Notes: generated by a model not told the origin, from the sequence alone. 64,000 nucleotides of DNA from Candidatus Eiseniibacteriota bacterium (GCA_963707915.1 OY970178.1:640001-704000), one strand, 5' to 3'; positions 23,760 to 33,904 are shown, numbered from the stretch's first letter. Program-made: numbers and translations.

Positions 23760-25096
23760 GCTTCATCGGCCTGACGCACGACGAGGAGCGGCGCATGCTG
23801 GGGGAGATCGGTGTCGCGCGGTTCGAGGATCTGCTCGCGGCCATCCCGCGGGAGGTGCTGCTCGAGCGCCCGCCCGCGATCCCGGGCCCGCTGTCCGAGA
23901 TCGAGCTGCGCCGCCTGCTGGGGCGCTGGGCCAGCGAGAACCACGCCGCGGAGCTGGTCTCCTTCCAGGGGGGCGGGATCTACGACCACTGGATCCCCGC
24001 CGCGGTGGACGCGCTGGCGAGCCGTGCGGAGTTCGTCACCGCCTACACGCCCTACCAGCCCGAGGTCGCCCAGGGCACGCTGACCGCCATCTTCGAGTTC
24101 CAGAGCATGATGGCGGAGCTGACCGGTTGCGACGTCGCCAACGCCTCGATGTACGACGGGGCCACCGCGACCGCCGAGGCCGTGCTGCTCGCGCGGCGGC
24201 AGACCGGGCGCAAGCGCGTGGTGGTGGCGGGCATGGTTCACCCGCACACCCTGGCGGTGCTGCGCACCTACCTCGACCCGGCGGAGGTCTCGCACGTCGA
24301 GGACCCGTCGGGGCTCGCCGTCCCGGCGGGGCTGAAGTCTGCGCTCGGGCCGGACGCCGCCTGCCTGGTCTACCAGCAGCCGAACTTCCTCGGTCTGGTC
24401 GAGGACCCCGCGGCGTTGCACGCGCTCGCCCACGACGCCGGCGCGCTGGCCGTCGCGGTCTGCGACCCGGTCGCGCTCGCGCTGCTGGAGCCTCCGGGCC
24501 GCAGCGGCGCCGACCTCGTGGTGGGGGAGGCGCAGTGCCTGGGCAGCCCGATGTCGTTCGGCGGGCCGCTGCTCGGGTACTTCGCCGCGAAGCGCAGCCT
24601 GTTGCGCGCGCTGCCCGGCCGGCTCGTCGCGGAGACCGCCGACCAGCAGGGCCGTCGCGGCTTCGTCCTGACGCTGCAGACCCGGGAGCAGCACATCCGC
24701 CGCGAGAAGGCCACCTCGAACATCTGCACGAACCAGGCGCTGATGGCGCTGCGCGCCACCATCCACATGGGGCTGCTGGGCCGCCTCGGGATGCGCGAGG
24801 TGGCGGAGCTCTGCGTCCAGAAGAGCCACTACGCCGCACGGCTCGCCGCCGGGATCCCGGGCTATGCGCTCGCGTTCGCGGCACCCTTCTTCCGCGAGTT
24901 CGTCCTGCGCTGCCCGGTCGAAGCCCGCCGGGTGGTGGAGGCCGGCCTCGAGTTCGGCGTCAGCCCGGGGATCAACCTGGGACGGTTCCGCCCCGAGTGG
25001 CGGGACCTGCTGCTGGTCGCGGTGACGGAATCGCGGGATGCGGACGAGATCGACCGCTGGGCCCGGGCCCTGCGCAAGGCGGGAGGCGCGCGATGA
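23756..25096 (+). CDS. gcvPA: Glycine dehydrogenase subunit 1
   Basis: TAYTPYQPEVAQG, NASMYDG, QTREQHIRREKATSNICTNQ. Confidence 0.96.
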   Translation: MSFIGLTHDEERRMLGEIGVARFEDLLAAIPREVLLERPPAIPGPLSEIELRRLLGRWASENHAAELVSFQGGGIYDHWIPAAVDALASRAEFVTAYTPYQPEVAQGTLTAIFEFQSMMAELTGCDVANASMYDGATATAEAVLLARRQTGRKRVVVAGMVHPHTLAVLRTYLDPAEVSHVEDPSGLAVPAGLKSALGPDAACLVYQQPNFLGLVEDPAALHALAHDAGALAVAVCDPVALALLEPPGRSGADLVVGEAQCLGSPMSFGGPLLGYFAAKRSLLRALPGRLVAETADQQGRRGFVLTLQTREQHIRREKATSNICTNQALMALRATIHMGLLGRLGMREVAELCVQKSHYAARLAAGIPGYALAFAAPFFREFVLRCPVEARRVVEAGLEFGVSPGINLGRFRPEWRDLLLVAVTESRDADEIDRWARALRKAGGAR

Positions 25097-26553
25097 CCAT
25101 GCCCCGCCGGTTGCTGATCGAGCAGGGCGGCGAAGGCCACCGCGGCCCGGCGCTGCCCGCGTGTGACGTGGAGCAGCGGCCGCTCGCGGAGTTGCTCCCG
25201 GGCGTCCCGTTGCGCGCGGATCTGCGCCTCCCGCAGGTGAGCGAGCCGGAGGTCGTGCGGCACTTCACCGAGCTCTCGACGCTCAACCACCACGTGGAGC
25301 GGGGGCTCTACCCGCTCGGCTCGTGCACGATGAAGTACAACCCGAAGATCGACGAGGAGCTCGCCGGGCTCCCGGGCTTCGCCCGGGCGCACCCGCTGGC
25401 GGGCGACGATGCCACCCAGGGCTGCCTGCGCGCGATGGTGGAGGTCCAGCGGCTGCTCGCCGAGGTCACCGGCTTCGCCGCGGTCACGACGCAACCTGCC
25501 GCCGGGGCGCACGGCGAGATGACCGGCCTGCTGCTGATGCGCGCGTACCACCGGTCGCGCGGTGAGGGCGAGAAGCGCCGCCGGGTGATCGTCCCCGACT
25601 CGGCGCACGGCACCAACCCGGCGAGCGTGAGCCTGGTCGGCTACGAGACCGTGGTGGTCCCGTCCGGGCCGGACGCGACCGTAGACCTCGACGCGCTCGC
25701 GAAGCAGCTCGACGACCGCACGGCGGCGGTGATGCTCACCGTGCCGAACACGGTCGGCCTGTTCGAGCCGCGGGTGCTCGAGGTGACGCGGCTGGCGCAC
25801 GCCGCGGGGGCGCAGTGCTACATGGACGGCGCCAACCTCAACGCCCTCGTCGGGCGCGTGCGGCCGGGCGACCTCGGCTTCGACGCCATGCACATCAACG
25901 TGCACAAGACCTTCTCGACCCCGCACGGCGGCGGCGGCCCCGGGGCCGGTCCCGTCGCGGTGGCCGCGCACCTCGAGCCGTTCCTGCCGACGCCGGTCGC
26001 GGCGGTCCGGCCGGACGGCCGATTGCGCCTCGACTGGGAGCGGCCGCTGTCGATCGGCCGCGTGCACTCCTTCAACGGGAACTTCGGCATCCTGCTGCGG
26101 GCGCTCGCCTACATGCTCTCGCTCGGCCCCGGCGGGCTGGCCGAGGTCAGCCGGGTGGCGATCCTGAACGCCAACTACCTGATGCGGCGGCTGGCGAAGA
26201 CCTACGACCTGCCGAACCCGCAGCACTGCATGCACGAGTTCGTGCTCTCGGGCCGCGGGCTCAGGAAGCACGGCGTGAAGACCCTCGACGTGGCGAAGCG
26301 GCTGCTGGACTTCGGCGTCCACGCCCCGACCGTCTACTTCCCGATGATCGTCGAGGAGGCGCTGATGATCGAGCCCACCGAGACCGAGACGCTCGACCGC
26401 CTCGATCACTTTGCCGCGAGCATGGAACGCATCGCCGCCGAGGCGGGGGAGGACGCCGAGCGGCTGCACCGGGCGCCCCTCACCACGCCCGTTGGCCGTC
26501 TCGACGAGGCCCGCGCCAGCCGCGAGCCCCGGCTCCGGTGGAGTGAACCGTAG
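25093..26553 (+). CDS. gcvPB: Glycine dehydrogenase subunit 2
   Basis: YPLGSCTMKYNP, SAHGTNPAS, PLP Lys in HKTFSTPHGGGGPG. Confidence 0.96.
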   Translation: MTMPRRLLIEQGGEGHRGPALPACDVEQRPLAELLPGVPLRADLRLPQVSEPEVVRHFTELSTLNHHVERGLYPLGSCTMKYNPKIDEELAGLPGFARAHPLAGDDATQGCLRAMVEVQRLLAEVTGFAAVTTQPAAGAHGEMTGLLLMRAYHRSRGEGEKRRRVIVPDSAHGTNPASVSLVGYETVVVPSGPDATVDLDALAKQLDDRTAAVMLTVPNTVGLFEPRVLEVTRLAHAAGAQCYMDGANLNALVGRVRPGDLGFDAMHINVHKTFSTPHGGGGPGAGPVAVAAHLEPFLPTPVAAVRPDGRLRLDWERPLSIGRVHSFNGNFGILLRALAYMLSLGPGGLAEVSRVAILNANYLMRRLAKTYDLPNPQHCMHEFVLSGRGLRKHGVKTLDVAKRLLDFGVHAPTVYFPMIVEEALMIEPTETETLDRLDHFAASMERIAAEAGEDAERLHRAPLTTPVGRLDEARASREPRLRWSEP

Positions 26554-26632
26554 GGCCGAGACCCGCTGGGCGGGAGGGAAGGGAGACTTGGCGCAAGGCG
26601 CAGGACGCGCTTCGCAGGGAGGGCGCTCCGCC

Positions 26633-27070
26633 GTGCCGGACACGACGCCGGCCACGGTGGAGTGGACCACCAGCCCGTGGCGGGACGATCCCGGCCGGGC
26701 GGCGGTCGTGGCCGCCGCGGCGCTGGCGCTGTGGCTGCTAGCCGCCTGGCTGCTGGCGGGAGAGCCCCTCCTCGTGCTGTTCCTGGGCCTGGCGGTGATC
26801 GTCGTCCTGGCGCCCGGCATGGTCCCGACCCGGTGCCGGGTCGACGCCGACGGCGTGGCCCGCCGGGTGCTCTTCGCCTGGGACCGCAGGGCGTGGCCGG
26901 ACATCCGGCGCGCCCGGGTGGACGTCCGCGGGCTCTTCGTCTCCCCGCTCGCGCGCAGCAGCCGCCTCGACCGTTACCGGGGCCTCTTCCTCCCCGTGCC
27001 GCGCCGGGCCGGGGAGCCGGGGACGCTGCTCGAAACGCTGCGGCGGGAACTGGGGCGGCATGGCCTCTGA
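26633..27070 (+). CDS. Hypothetical 2-TM membrane protein with small PH-like C-terminal domain
   Basis: GTG after GGAGGG; two hydrophobic helices then FVSP..SRLDRYRGLFL; overlaps the next gene. Confidence 0.7.
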   Translation: MPDTTPATVEWTTSPWRDDPGRAAVVAAAALALWLLAAWLLAGEPLLVLFLGLAVIVVLAPGMVPTRCRVDADGVARRVLFAWDRRAWPDIRRARVDVRGLFVSPLARSSRLDRYRGLFLPVPRRAGEPGTLLETLRRELGRHGL

Positions 27071-27380
27071 CGCGCAGCCCCTGTCGGCGGGGGACCTGGA
27101 ACTGCTGGAGCGCGTGGCCGCGCGCGTGGTCGAGTTGCGCCTCGAGGTGCCGGCGGTCCTGGCCCTGGAGTCCGTCCGGCCGCTGTCGTTCGTCGCGGGT
27201 CAGGCGATGGTCTTCTTCCAGCCGCTGGTGCAGGCGTTCCTGCGCTTCGGCGACTACCGGCACTTCGCCGCGCTGATCGAGCGCCGCGAGACGCTCGACG
27301 CGCTGGCCACGCTCATCGAGCGCCGCGCGGCGGAGCCCCGGGCCGCGCGCGGCGCGCCGCGCCCCGGGAAGGCGTCGTGA
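27060..27380 (+). CDS. Hypothetical small helical protein
   Basis: 106 aa, LALESVRPLSFVAGQAMVFFQP; overlaps both neighbours. Confidence 0.75.
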   Translation: MASDAQPLSAGDLELLERVAARVVELRLEVPAVLALESVRPLSFVAGQAMVFFQPLVQAFLRFGDYRHFAALIERRETLDALATLIERRAAEPRAARGAPRPGKAS

Positions 27381-29221
27381 GCGGCCCCGCGGCGGTCCCC
27401 CGCCCCGAGGACGTCCAATCGATCCTCGCCACGGACTGCGGGTCCACCACCACGAAGGCGATCCTCATCGAGCGGCGCTACGACGTCTACCGGCTCATCG
27501 CGCGGGGCGAGGCGCCCACCACGGTCGAGGCCCCGTTCGAGGACGTGACGCGCGGTGTGCTGAACGCGGTGCGCGAGGTCGAGGAGCTCGTCGGCCGGCG
27601 CCTGCTGGACGGGGACGCCATCATCACCCCGATGCGACAGGGCGAGGGGGTCGACCTCTACGTCACGACCTCGAGCGCCGGCGGCGGGCTCCAGATGATG
27701 GTCTCGGGCCTGGTGCTGCAGATGACGGGAGAGAGCGCGCAGCGGGCGGCGCTGGGCGCAGGGGCGATCGTGATGGACGTCCTCGCGCTGAACGACGGGC
27801 GGCGGCCGCACGAGCGGATCCGGCTGCTGCGCCAGCTGCGGCCCGACATGATCCTGCTCTCCGGGGGCACGGACGGCGGGGACGTGCGGCGCGTGGCCGA
27901 GCTGGCCGAACTGCTGGTCGCCGCGGGCCCGAAGGCGCGGCTCGGCGCCGGCTACGAGCTCCCGGTGGTCTACGCGGGCAACCGCGACGCGGCGGGAGTG
28001 GTGCGCGACCTGGTGGAGCCGCGCGCCGCCCTCAAGGTGGTGGCGAACCTGCGGCCCGCGCTCGAGCGGGAGAACCTGCGGCCGGCGCGCGACGCGATCC
28101 ACGAGCTCTTCATGCAGCACGTCATGGCCCATGCCCCGGGCTACGCGCCGGCTGATGAGCTGGACGCCCGTGCCGGTCATGCCCACGCCCGCGGCGGTGG
28201 GGCTGCATGATCGAGCGGCTGGCGCGGCGCGACGCGCTATCCGTGCTGGGGGTGGACATCGGGGGAGCGACCACCGACGTGTTCTCGGTGTTCCCCGGGA
28301 GCGACGGGGAACCGACGTTCCACCGCACCGTGTCCGCCAACCTCGGGCATGAGCTACTCCATCTCGAACGTGATGGCCGAGGCCGGCCTCGAGAACATCC
28401 TGCGCTGGGTGCCGTTCCCGGTGGAGGAGTCGGCCCTGCGCAACCGGATCCGGAACAAGATGATCCGCCCCACGACCATCCCGCAGACCCTCGAGGACCT
28501 GGTCATCGAGCAGGCCGTCGCCCGCGAGGCGCTGCGGCTGGCGTTCGAACAGCACCGGACGCTGGCGGTGGGACTGAAGGGCGTGCAGCAGGAGCGCACG
28601 ATCTCCGAGGCGCTGCGCCAGTCGGCCGGCGGCGCCTCGATGGTGGACCTGCTGGGTCTCGGGCTCATCGTGGGCTCCGGCGGAGTGCTCTCGCACGCCC
28701 CGCGCCGCGTCCAGGCGGCGCTGATGATGGTGGACGCGTTCCTGCCGGAGGGCCTGACGCTGCTCGCCGTGGACAGCATCTTCATGATGCCCCAGCTGGG
28801 CGTGCTTTCCACCGTCCACCCGCAGGCCGCCGGCGAGGTCTTCGAGAACGATTGCCTGGTGCGGCTCGGCGCCGTGCTCGCCCCGATCGGCACCGGGCGC
28901 CCCGGCCAGCGGTGCGTCACGGTCGAGGTGAGCGGCCCGGACATGGCCCCGGTGAGCCGCCAGGTGGCTTTCGGGGAGATGGCACTGCTGCCGTTGCCGC
29001 CGGCGAGCGCGTTCGGACGGGTGAGCGCGGTCCCGGAGCGGGGGTTCGACCTCGGGGCCGGGCGCGGCCGGCCGGTGAGCGCCCGCATCCCGGGCGGGAG
29101 CGTGGGCCTCATCGTCGACGCGCGCGGCCGGCGGCCGTTCGAGCTGCCCCCGGCGGCCGCACGCATCGAACGGCTGCGAGCCTGGCACCACGCGCTCGCG
29201 CTCTATCCGCGGGAGGTCTGA
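27377..29221 (+). CDS. GlmL/MutL (glutamate mutase L)-family ASKHA ATPase; split by three +1 frameshifts (about 28145, 28205, 28347)
   Basis: Phosphate-1 TDCGSTTTK, SSAGGGLQM, SGGTDGG, YAGN, phosphate-2 VDIGGATTDVFS, GSGGVLSHAP. The pieces join into one protein of about 610 aa. Confidence 0.85.
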
Positions 29222-29223
29222 GC

Positions 29224-30349
29224 GTGGCGCACGCGTACACCCCCGGGCTTCGAGTGACCGCGCGGACGGTCACGCGCCGTGAGCGCCGGCTGCCCCTCAA
29301 GGGCCAGGTGCTGGTCCGGCTCGGGGACGCCGGTCGGGCCGCAGGACGTCGTGGCGCGGACCGAGCTGCCCGGGAACGTGCAGACCATCCACCTGGCCTC
29401 GCGGCTCGACGTGGACCCCGGCCGGGTCGCGGAGGTCCTGGTGAAGCGGGTGGGCTCCGACGTGCGCGCCGGCGAATTGATGGCCGAGACGCACGGGCTG
29501 TTCGGGTTCGCCCGGCGGAGCGTCGAGGCCCCGGCGGACGGCTTCATCGAGAGCGTGTCGTCCGTGACCGGGCTGCTCGTCCTGCGCGAGCCCGCGGTGC
29601 CGGTCGAGGTCAACGCCTACGTCCGCGGCGTCGTGGTCGACGTGCTGCCGGACGAGGGCGTGGTGGTGGAGGCGCGCGGGGCGCTCCTGCAGGGCATCTT
29701 CGGCGTGGGCGGCGAGGCCTGGGGCGCGGTCGCCGTGGCGGTGGATTCCCCCGACGCGGAGCTGACGCCCGCGCGGCTGCGGTCCGAGCACCGCGGGCAC
29801 GTCGTCGTGGGAGGCTCGTTCGTCACGCACGACGCGCTCATGCGGGCGCGCGAACTGGGCGTCGCGGCGGTGGTGGTGGGCGGTTTCGACGACGTCAGCC
29901 TGCGCCGCCTGCTCGGGCGCGAGCTCGGGGTGGCGATCACCGGCTCGGAGGACCTGGGCCTCACGCTCGTGCTCACCGAGGGGTTCGGCCGCATCCGGAT
30001 GTCCGACCGCGCCTGGGACCTGCTCGTCGAGCGCACCGGGCGGATGGCCTCGGTCAGCGGGGCGACGCAGATCCGCGCCGGCGTGCTGCGGCCGGAGGTG
30101 CTGATCCCGGAGTCCGACTCCGGAGCGGCGCCGGCCGACCGCGGCGCCGAGGTGGGGCTCTCGATCGGGTCACAGGTGCGGGTGATCCGCGAGCCGCACT
30201 TCGGGCGGGTCGGGCAGGTGGTGGAGTTGCCGTCCGAGCTGCGGCGGCTCGAGACCGAAGCGATGGTGCGGGTGCTGGTCATCGTCTTCCCGGAGGACGG
30301 AGAGCGCGCCCTGGTGCCGCGCGCCAACGTGGAGATCATCGCGACATGA
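29224..30349 (+). CDS. Uncharacterised protein with barrel-sandwich hybrid (lipoyl-like) segments, alpha/beta core and C-terminal KOW/SH3-like domain; +1 frameshift near 29330
   Basis: AHAYTPGL..LPLKGQVLV joined to VVARTELPG..VGSDVRAGELMAE..APADGFIESV..QGIFGVGGE..IGSQVRVIREPHFGRVGQV..VPRANVE. Confidence 0.8.
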
Positions 30350-30369
30350 GCGCGCGACCCCCGGCGACT

Positions 30370-30399
30370 TTGACATGGACACCCCGTGGCCCCTACGTT
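30370..30399 (+). promoter_or_regulatory. Putative internal sigma70 promoter for the membrane-subunit genes
   Basis: TTGACA-18-TACGTT in the gap before the GTG at 30484. Confidence 0.45.
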
Positions 30400-30483
30400 C
30401 CTCCGTCGTCCGCTGCGCATGCGCGACGCGCCGCGTCGGCGACGTGCGCTCCCCGGGGAGGTCGCGATGACGGGAGGGTCGGA

Positions 30484-31728
30484 GTGCTGGTCCGCAGCGG
30501 CCTGAAGGTCGCAGTCCTGGTGGCGGCGCTGTTCGCGTGCCCGGCCCGCGGCGAGGTGACGGCGATCGCCGGTGCGCCGCCGATCGTCGTGCCGGAACCC
30601 GCGGCCGCGAAGGCGCCGGCGGTGGAGCCGCCGGCCGGGGCCGTGCCGGTCCCGCGCGCCGCCCGGGGCCTGATCTGGCGGGACGTCCCCGACGACGCCG
30701 GGCGCGCGCTGGACCTGATCTGGGACCTCTCACCGGACGACGGGACGGCGCTGGTGAGCGGTTACCGGCTGATGCGCGCGGAGAGCCCGGGCGGGCCCTG
30801 GTCGGTGGTCGACTCGGTCGGCCCGGGCGTCACCAGCCTGCGCGACCAGTCGCCAGGCCTCCGGCGCGACATGGCCTACTTCTACCGGGTGGACGCGTGG
30901 GGCCCCGGCGGCGTCACCCCGGCCGGGAGCCTGACCGGGCCGGCGATCGCCACCTCGCAGTGGTTCAACAGCACCCGTTGGAGCGTGCTGGTGCTGACCA
31001 TGCTCTTCTTCGGCTTCGTCCTGTTCTCGATCCAGGGAGCGCAGGGCAGGAAGCAGTTCCTGCGGCGCATCCCCGGCATCGACGCCATCGAGGAGGCCAT
31101 CGGCCGGGCGACCGAGATGGGGCGCCCGGTGCTGTACGTGCCCGGCGTGCAGGACATCGACGACATGCAGACCGTGCAGTCGCTGATCATCCTCGAGAGC
31201 GTCGCGAAGACCACGGCCCGCTACGAGACGCCGATCAAGGTGCCGGTCACCTATCCGATCCCGTTCACGATCGCGCAGGAGATGGTGAAGAGCGGCTACG
31301 TCCACGCCGGCCGCCCGGACCGCTACGATCCGGAGAGCGTCCAGTTCGTCTCGCCCGAGCAGTTCGCCTACGTCGCCGCGATCAGCGGCGTGATGATGCG
31401 CGACAAGCCCGGCGCCCACATCTTCCTCGGGGCCTTCTTCGCCGAGTCGCTGCTGCTGGCCGAGGCGGGCCATGCGACCGGGGCGATCCAGGTCGCGGGC
31501 ACGGCCAACGCGGACCAGTTGCCGTTCTTCGTGGTGGCCTGCGACTACACGCTGATCGGCGAGGAGTTGTTCGCGGCCAGCGCGTACCTGTCGGGGGAGC
31601 CGAAGCTGGTGGGCAGCCTGAAGGGCGCCGACCTCATGAAGATCGTGATCATCGTGCTGGTCGTGTCCGGCTGCGTGCTCGAGACGTTCGGGCAGCACGC
31701 CCTCACGCACTGGCTGGTGACGCAGTAG
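30484..31728 (+). CDS. Fibronectin type III + DUF6754-like membrane protein
   Basis: GTG after GGGAGG; signal peptide; FN3-like LIWDLSPDD..GYRLMR..YFYRVDA; TM; LRRIPGIDAIEEAIGRATEMGRPV..CDYTLIGEELFAASAYL; C-terminal TM. Confidence 0.8.
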   Translation: MLVRSGLKVAVLVAALFACPARGEVTAIAGAPPIVVPEPAAAKAPAVEPPAGAVPVPRAARGLIWRDVPDDAGRALDLIWDLSPDDGTALVSGYRLMRAESPGGPWSVVDSVGPGVTSLRDQSPGLRRDMAYFYRVDAWGPGGVTPAGSLTGPAIATSQWFNSTRWSVLVLTMLFFGFVLFSIQGAQGRKQFLRRIPGIDAIEEAIGRATEMGRPVLYVPGVQDIDDMQTVQSLIILESVAKTTARYETPIKVPVTYPIPFTIAQEMVKSGYVHAGRPDRYDPESVQFVSPEQFAYVAAISGVMMRDKPGAHIFLGAFFAESLLLAEAGHATGAIQVAGTANADQLPFFVVACDYTLIGEELFAASAYLSGEPKLVGSLKGADLMKIVIIVLVVSGCVLETFGQHALTHWLVTQ

Positions 31729-31738
31729 GAGGAGAGGA

Positions 31739-32389
31739 GTGAAGCGCGAGATCCCGCTGTTCCTGACCGCCGCGGTCGGCCTCTTCATGATCCTGTCGTT
31801 CTTCGTGCCGCACCAGGCGGTCAGCGTGCCGGCGGACTTCCTCCAGCAGAGCGCGATCATCATCGTCGCCTTCGGCATCGTGCTGGGCGGCGCGAACCTG
31901 CTCCGGGTGAACCTCGAGGCGGTGGCCCGGCGCCAGCCGGGCTGGATGTACAAGCTGGTCCTGGTCGCGGCACTGGTCGGGACGGTCGCGGTGGGACTCA
32001 TCGAGGGCCGCGACTTCCAGGCGGCCGGCACGCGGTCCACGTGGATCTACGACGAGGTGTACTCCTCGATGAGCAGCGCGATGTTCGCCCTGCTCGCCTT
32101 CTTCATCGCCTCGGCGGCGTTCCGCGCGTTCCGCATCCGGACCGTCGAGGCCGCGCTGCTGGCCGTGGCCGCCCTGATCGTGATGATGGGACGGGTGCCG
32201 CTCGGAGGCGTGCTGACCGCCGGCCTCCCGCCCGGGTGGCGTGTCGAGACCCTCGCGCAGTGGATCCTGGACGTCCCGCAGAATGCCGCGAACCGCGCCA
32301 TCCTGATCGGGGCGGCGCTGGGCGTGATGGCCACCGGCCTGCGCGTGATCCTGGGGATCGAGCGCAGCTACCTCGGCGGGGAGGACTGA
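31739..32389 (+). CDS. Uncharacterised polytopic membrane protein (about 6 TM)
   Basis: Hydrophobic; MFALLAFFIASAAFRAFR..RAILIGAALG..LRVILGIER. Confidence 0.85.
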   Translation: MKREIPLFLTAAVGLFMILSFFVPHQAVSVPADFLQQSAIIIVAFGIVLGGANLLRVNLEAVARRQPGWMYKLVLVAALVGTVAVGLIEGRDFQAAGTRSTWIYDEVYSSMSSAMFALLAFFIASAAFRAFRIRTVEAALLAVAALIVMMGRVPLGGVLTAGLPPGWRVETLAQWILDVPQNAANRAILIGAALGVMATGLRVILGIERSYLGGED

Positions 32390-32392
32390 GCC

Positions 32393-33220
32393 GTGAGCCT
32401 CGCCGACTCCTTCGCGCGGCTGGACCGACGCTGGATCTACGTCATCATGGCGGTGCTGGTGCTGCTGCCGCTGCTCTGGCCGTTGAACCTCCCGCTGGAG
32501 CCCTCGCCGCCGGTGCGGGCCTACCACGACACGATCGCCGCGCTGCCGCCGGGGAGCACGGTGCTGGTGTCGTGCGATTTCGACCCGGCGTCCGGCCCCG
32601 AGCTCGAGCCCATGACCCGCACGACCTTGCGGCAGCTCTTCGGCCGGCACTGCAAGGTCGTGGTGGTCGCGCTCTACCCGGGCGGCGCCCGCATGGTCGA
32701 CGGGATCGTCCAGGACGTGGCGCGGGACTGCCGGCAGGTCGACGGGGTCGACTACGTCAACCTCGGCTACAAGGCGGGCAACGAGGCGGTCATGGTGCTC
32801 ATGGGCCAGAGCATCGCGGAGGTCTTCCCCCGCGACCACCGCGGCCGTGACGTGGCCAGCCTCCCGATCATGCTCTCCGCGCGCAACTACGCGAGCTGCG
32901 CGCTGCTGGTCAGCCTCTCGGTGGGCTACCCGGGCACCAAGGAGTACGTGCAGCAGGTGCAGGGCAGGTTTCACATCCCCATCATCGCCGGGGTGACGGC
33001 GGTGTCCGCGCCCACCCTCTACCCGTACCTGCAGACCCGGCAGCTCTGGGGGCTGCTGGGCGGCATGGCCGGGGCCGCGGAGTACGAGGACCTCCGCCTC
33101 GAGCGCGGCATGGCGTCGCGGGGCATGGACGCGCAGTCGCTCGCGCATCTCTTCATCGTGGTCTGCATCGTGCTCGGCAACCTGGCGCAATGGGAGCGCA
33201 AGCGGAAGGAGGGCGCATGA
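32393..33220 (+). CDS. Uncharacterised membrane-anchored alpha/beta domain protein
   Basis: N- and C-terminal TMs; DFDPASGPELEP, DYVNLGYKAG, GLLGGMAGAAEYE, MDAQS. Confidence 0.85.
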   Translation: MSLADSFARLDRRWIYVIMAVLVLLPLLWPLNLPLEPSPPVRAYHDTIAALPPGSTVLVSCDFDPASGPELEPMTRTTLRQLFGRHCKVVVVALYPGGARMVDGIVQDVARDCRQVDGVDYVNLGYKAGNEAVMVLMGQSIAEVFPRDHRGRDVASLPIMLSARNYASCALLVSLSVGYPGTKEYVQQVQGRFHIPIIAGVTAVSAPTLYPYLQTRQLWGLLGGMAGAAEYEDLRLERGMASRGMDAQSLAHLFIVVCIVLGNLAQWERKRKEGA

Positions 33221-33891
33221 GCCCGCACCCGAGCCCGGACCCGGGAGTGTGGGTGGCCGCCGCGCTCACGCTGTGCATCTTCAGCTTCCTCTACAAGGAG
33301 AACCCGTTCTACCGGTTCGCCGAGCACCTGTTCGTGGGCGTCTCGGCCGGGTACTACATCGTGCTGAACTTCTGGACCGTGCTGGTGGCGAACCTGTGGG
33401 ACCCGCTGCTGGCCACCTTCACCGGCCGACAGGGCTCGCCGCTGGCCGCCCACCTGGGCGACTACCGCGCGCTGCTGCTGCTCCCCGCGCTGCTCGGCCT
33501 GCTGCTGTTCTCGCGCTTCGTGCCCCGGTACGCCTGGGCTGCGCGCTGGTCGCTGGCGTTGATCATCGGGGTCTACGCGGGACTCAAGACCACCGGCTTC
33601 GCCCAGAGCGACTTCGTCGCCCAGCTGCAGGGCAGCATCCAGCCGCTCTGGACCGGTCACTGGGGCTCGAGCTTGAGCGCGTGGGTCTTCACGATCGGGC
33701 TCGGCACGTCGCTGCTGTTCTTCTTCTTCAGCCGGGAGCACAAGGGCGCGCTGGGCTCGGCGTCCCGCGTCGGGGTCTTCTTCCTGATGGTGTCCTTCGG
33801 CGCCGGTTACGGCTACACGGTGATGTCCCGCATCTCGCTCCTCATCGGGCGCTTCCAGTTCCTGCTGTTCGACTGGCTGGGGCTGCGCTGA
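33217..33891 (+). CDS. Uncharacterised polytopic membrane protein (about 6 TM)
   Basis: LTLCIFSFLYKENPFYRFAEHLFVGVSAG..FLMVSFGAGYGYTVMSRISLLIGR. Confidence 0.85.
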   Translation: MSPHPSPDPGVWVAAALTLCIFSFLYKENPFYRFAEHLFVGVSAGYYIVLNFWTVLVANLWDPLLATFTGRQGSPLAAHLGDYRALLLLPALLGLLLFSRFVPRYAWAARWSLALIIGVYAGLKTTGFAQSDFVAQLQGSIQPLWTGHWGSSLSAWVFTIGLGTSLLFFFFSREHKGALGSASRVGVFFLMVSFGAGYGYTVMSRISLLIGRFQFLLFDWLGLR

Positions 33892-33904
33892 CCGCCACGC
33901 CGCG

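Noticed and set aside
27377..29221. 'MutL' as the mismatch-repair partner of mutS
   Set aside because: The motifs are ASKHA type (glutamate mutase L family), not the GHKL ATPase of DNA-repair MutL.
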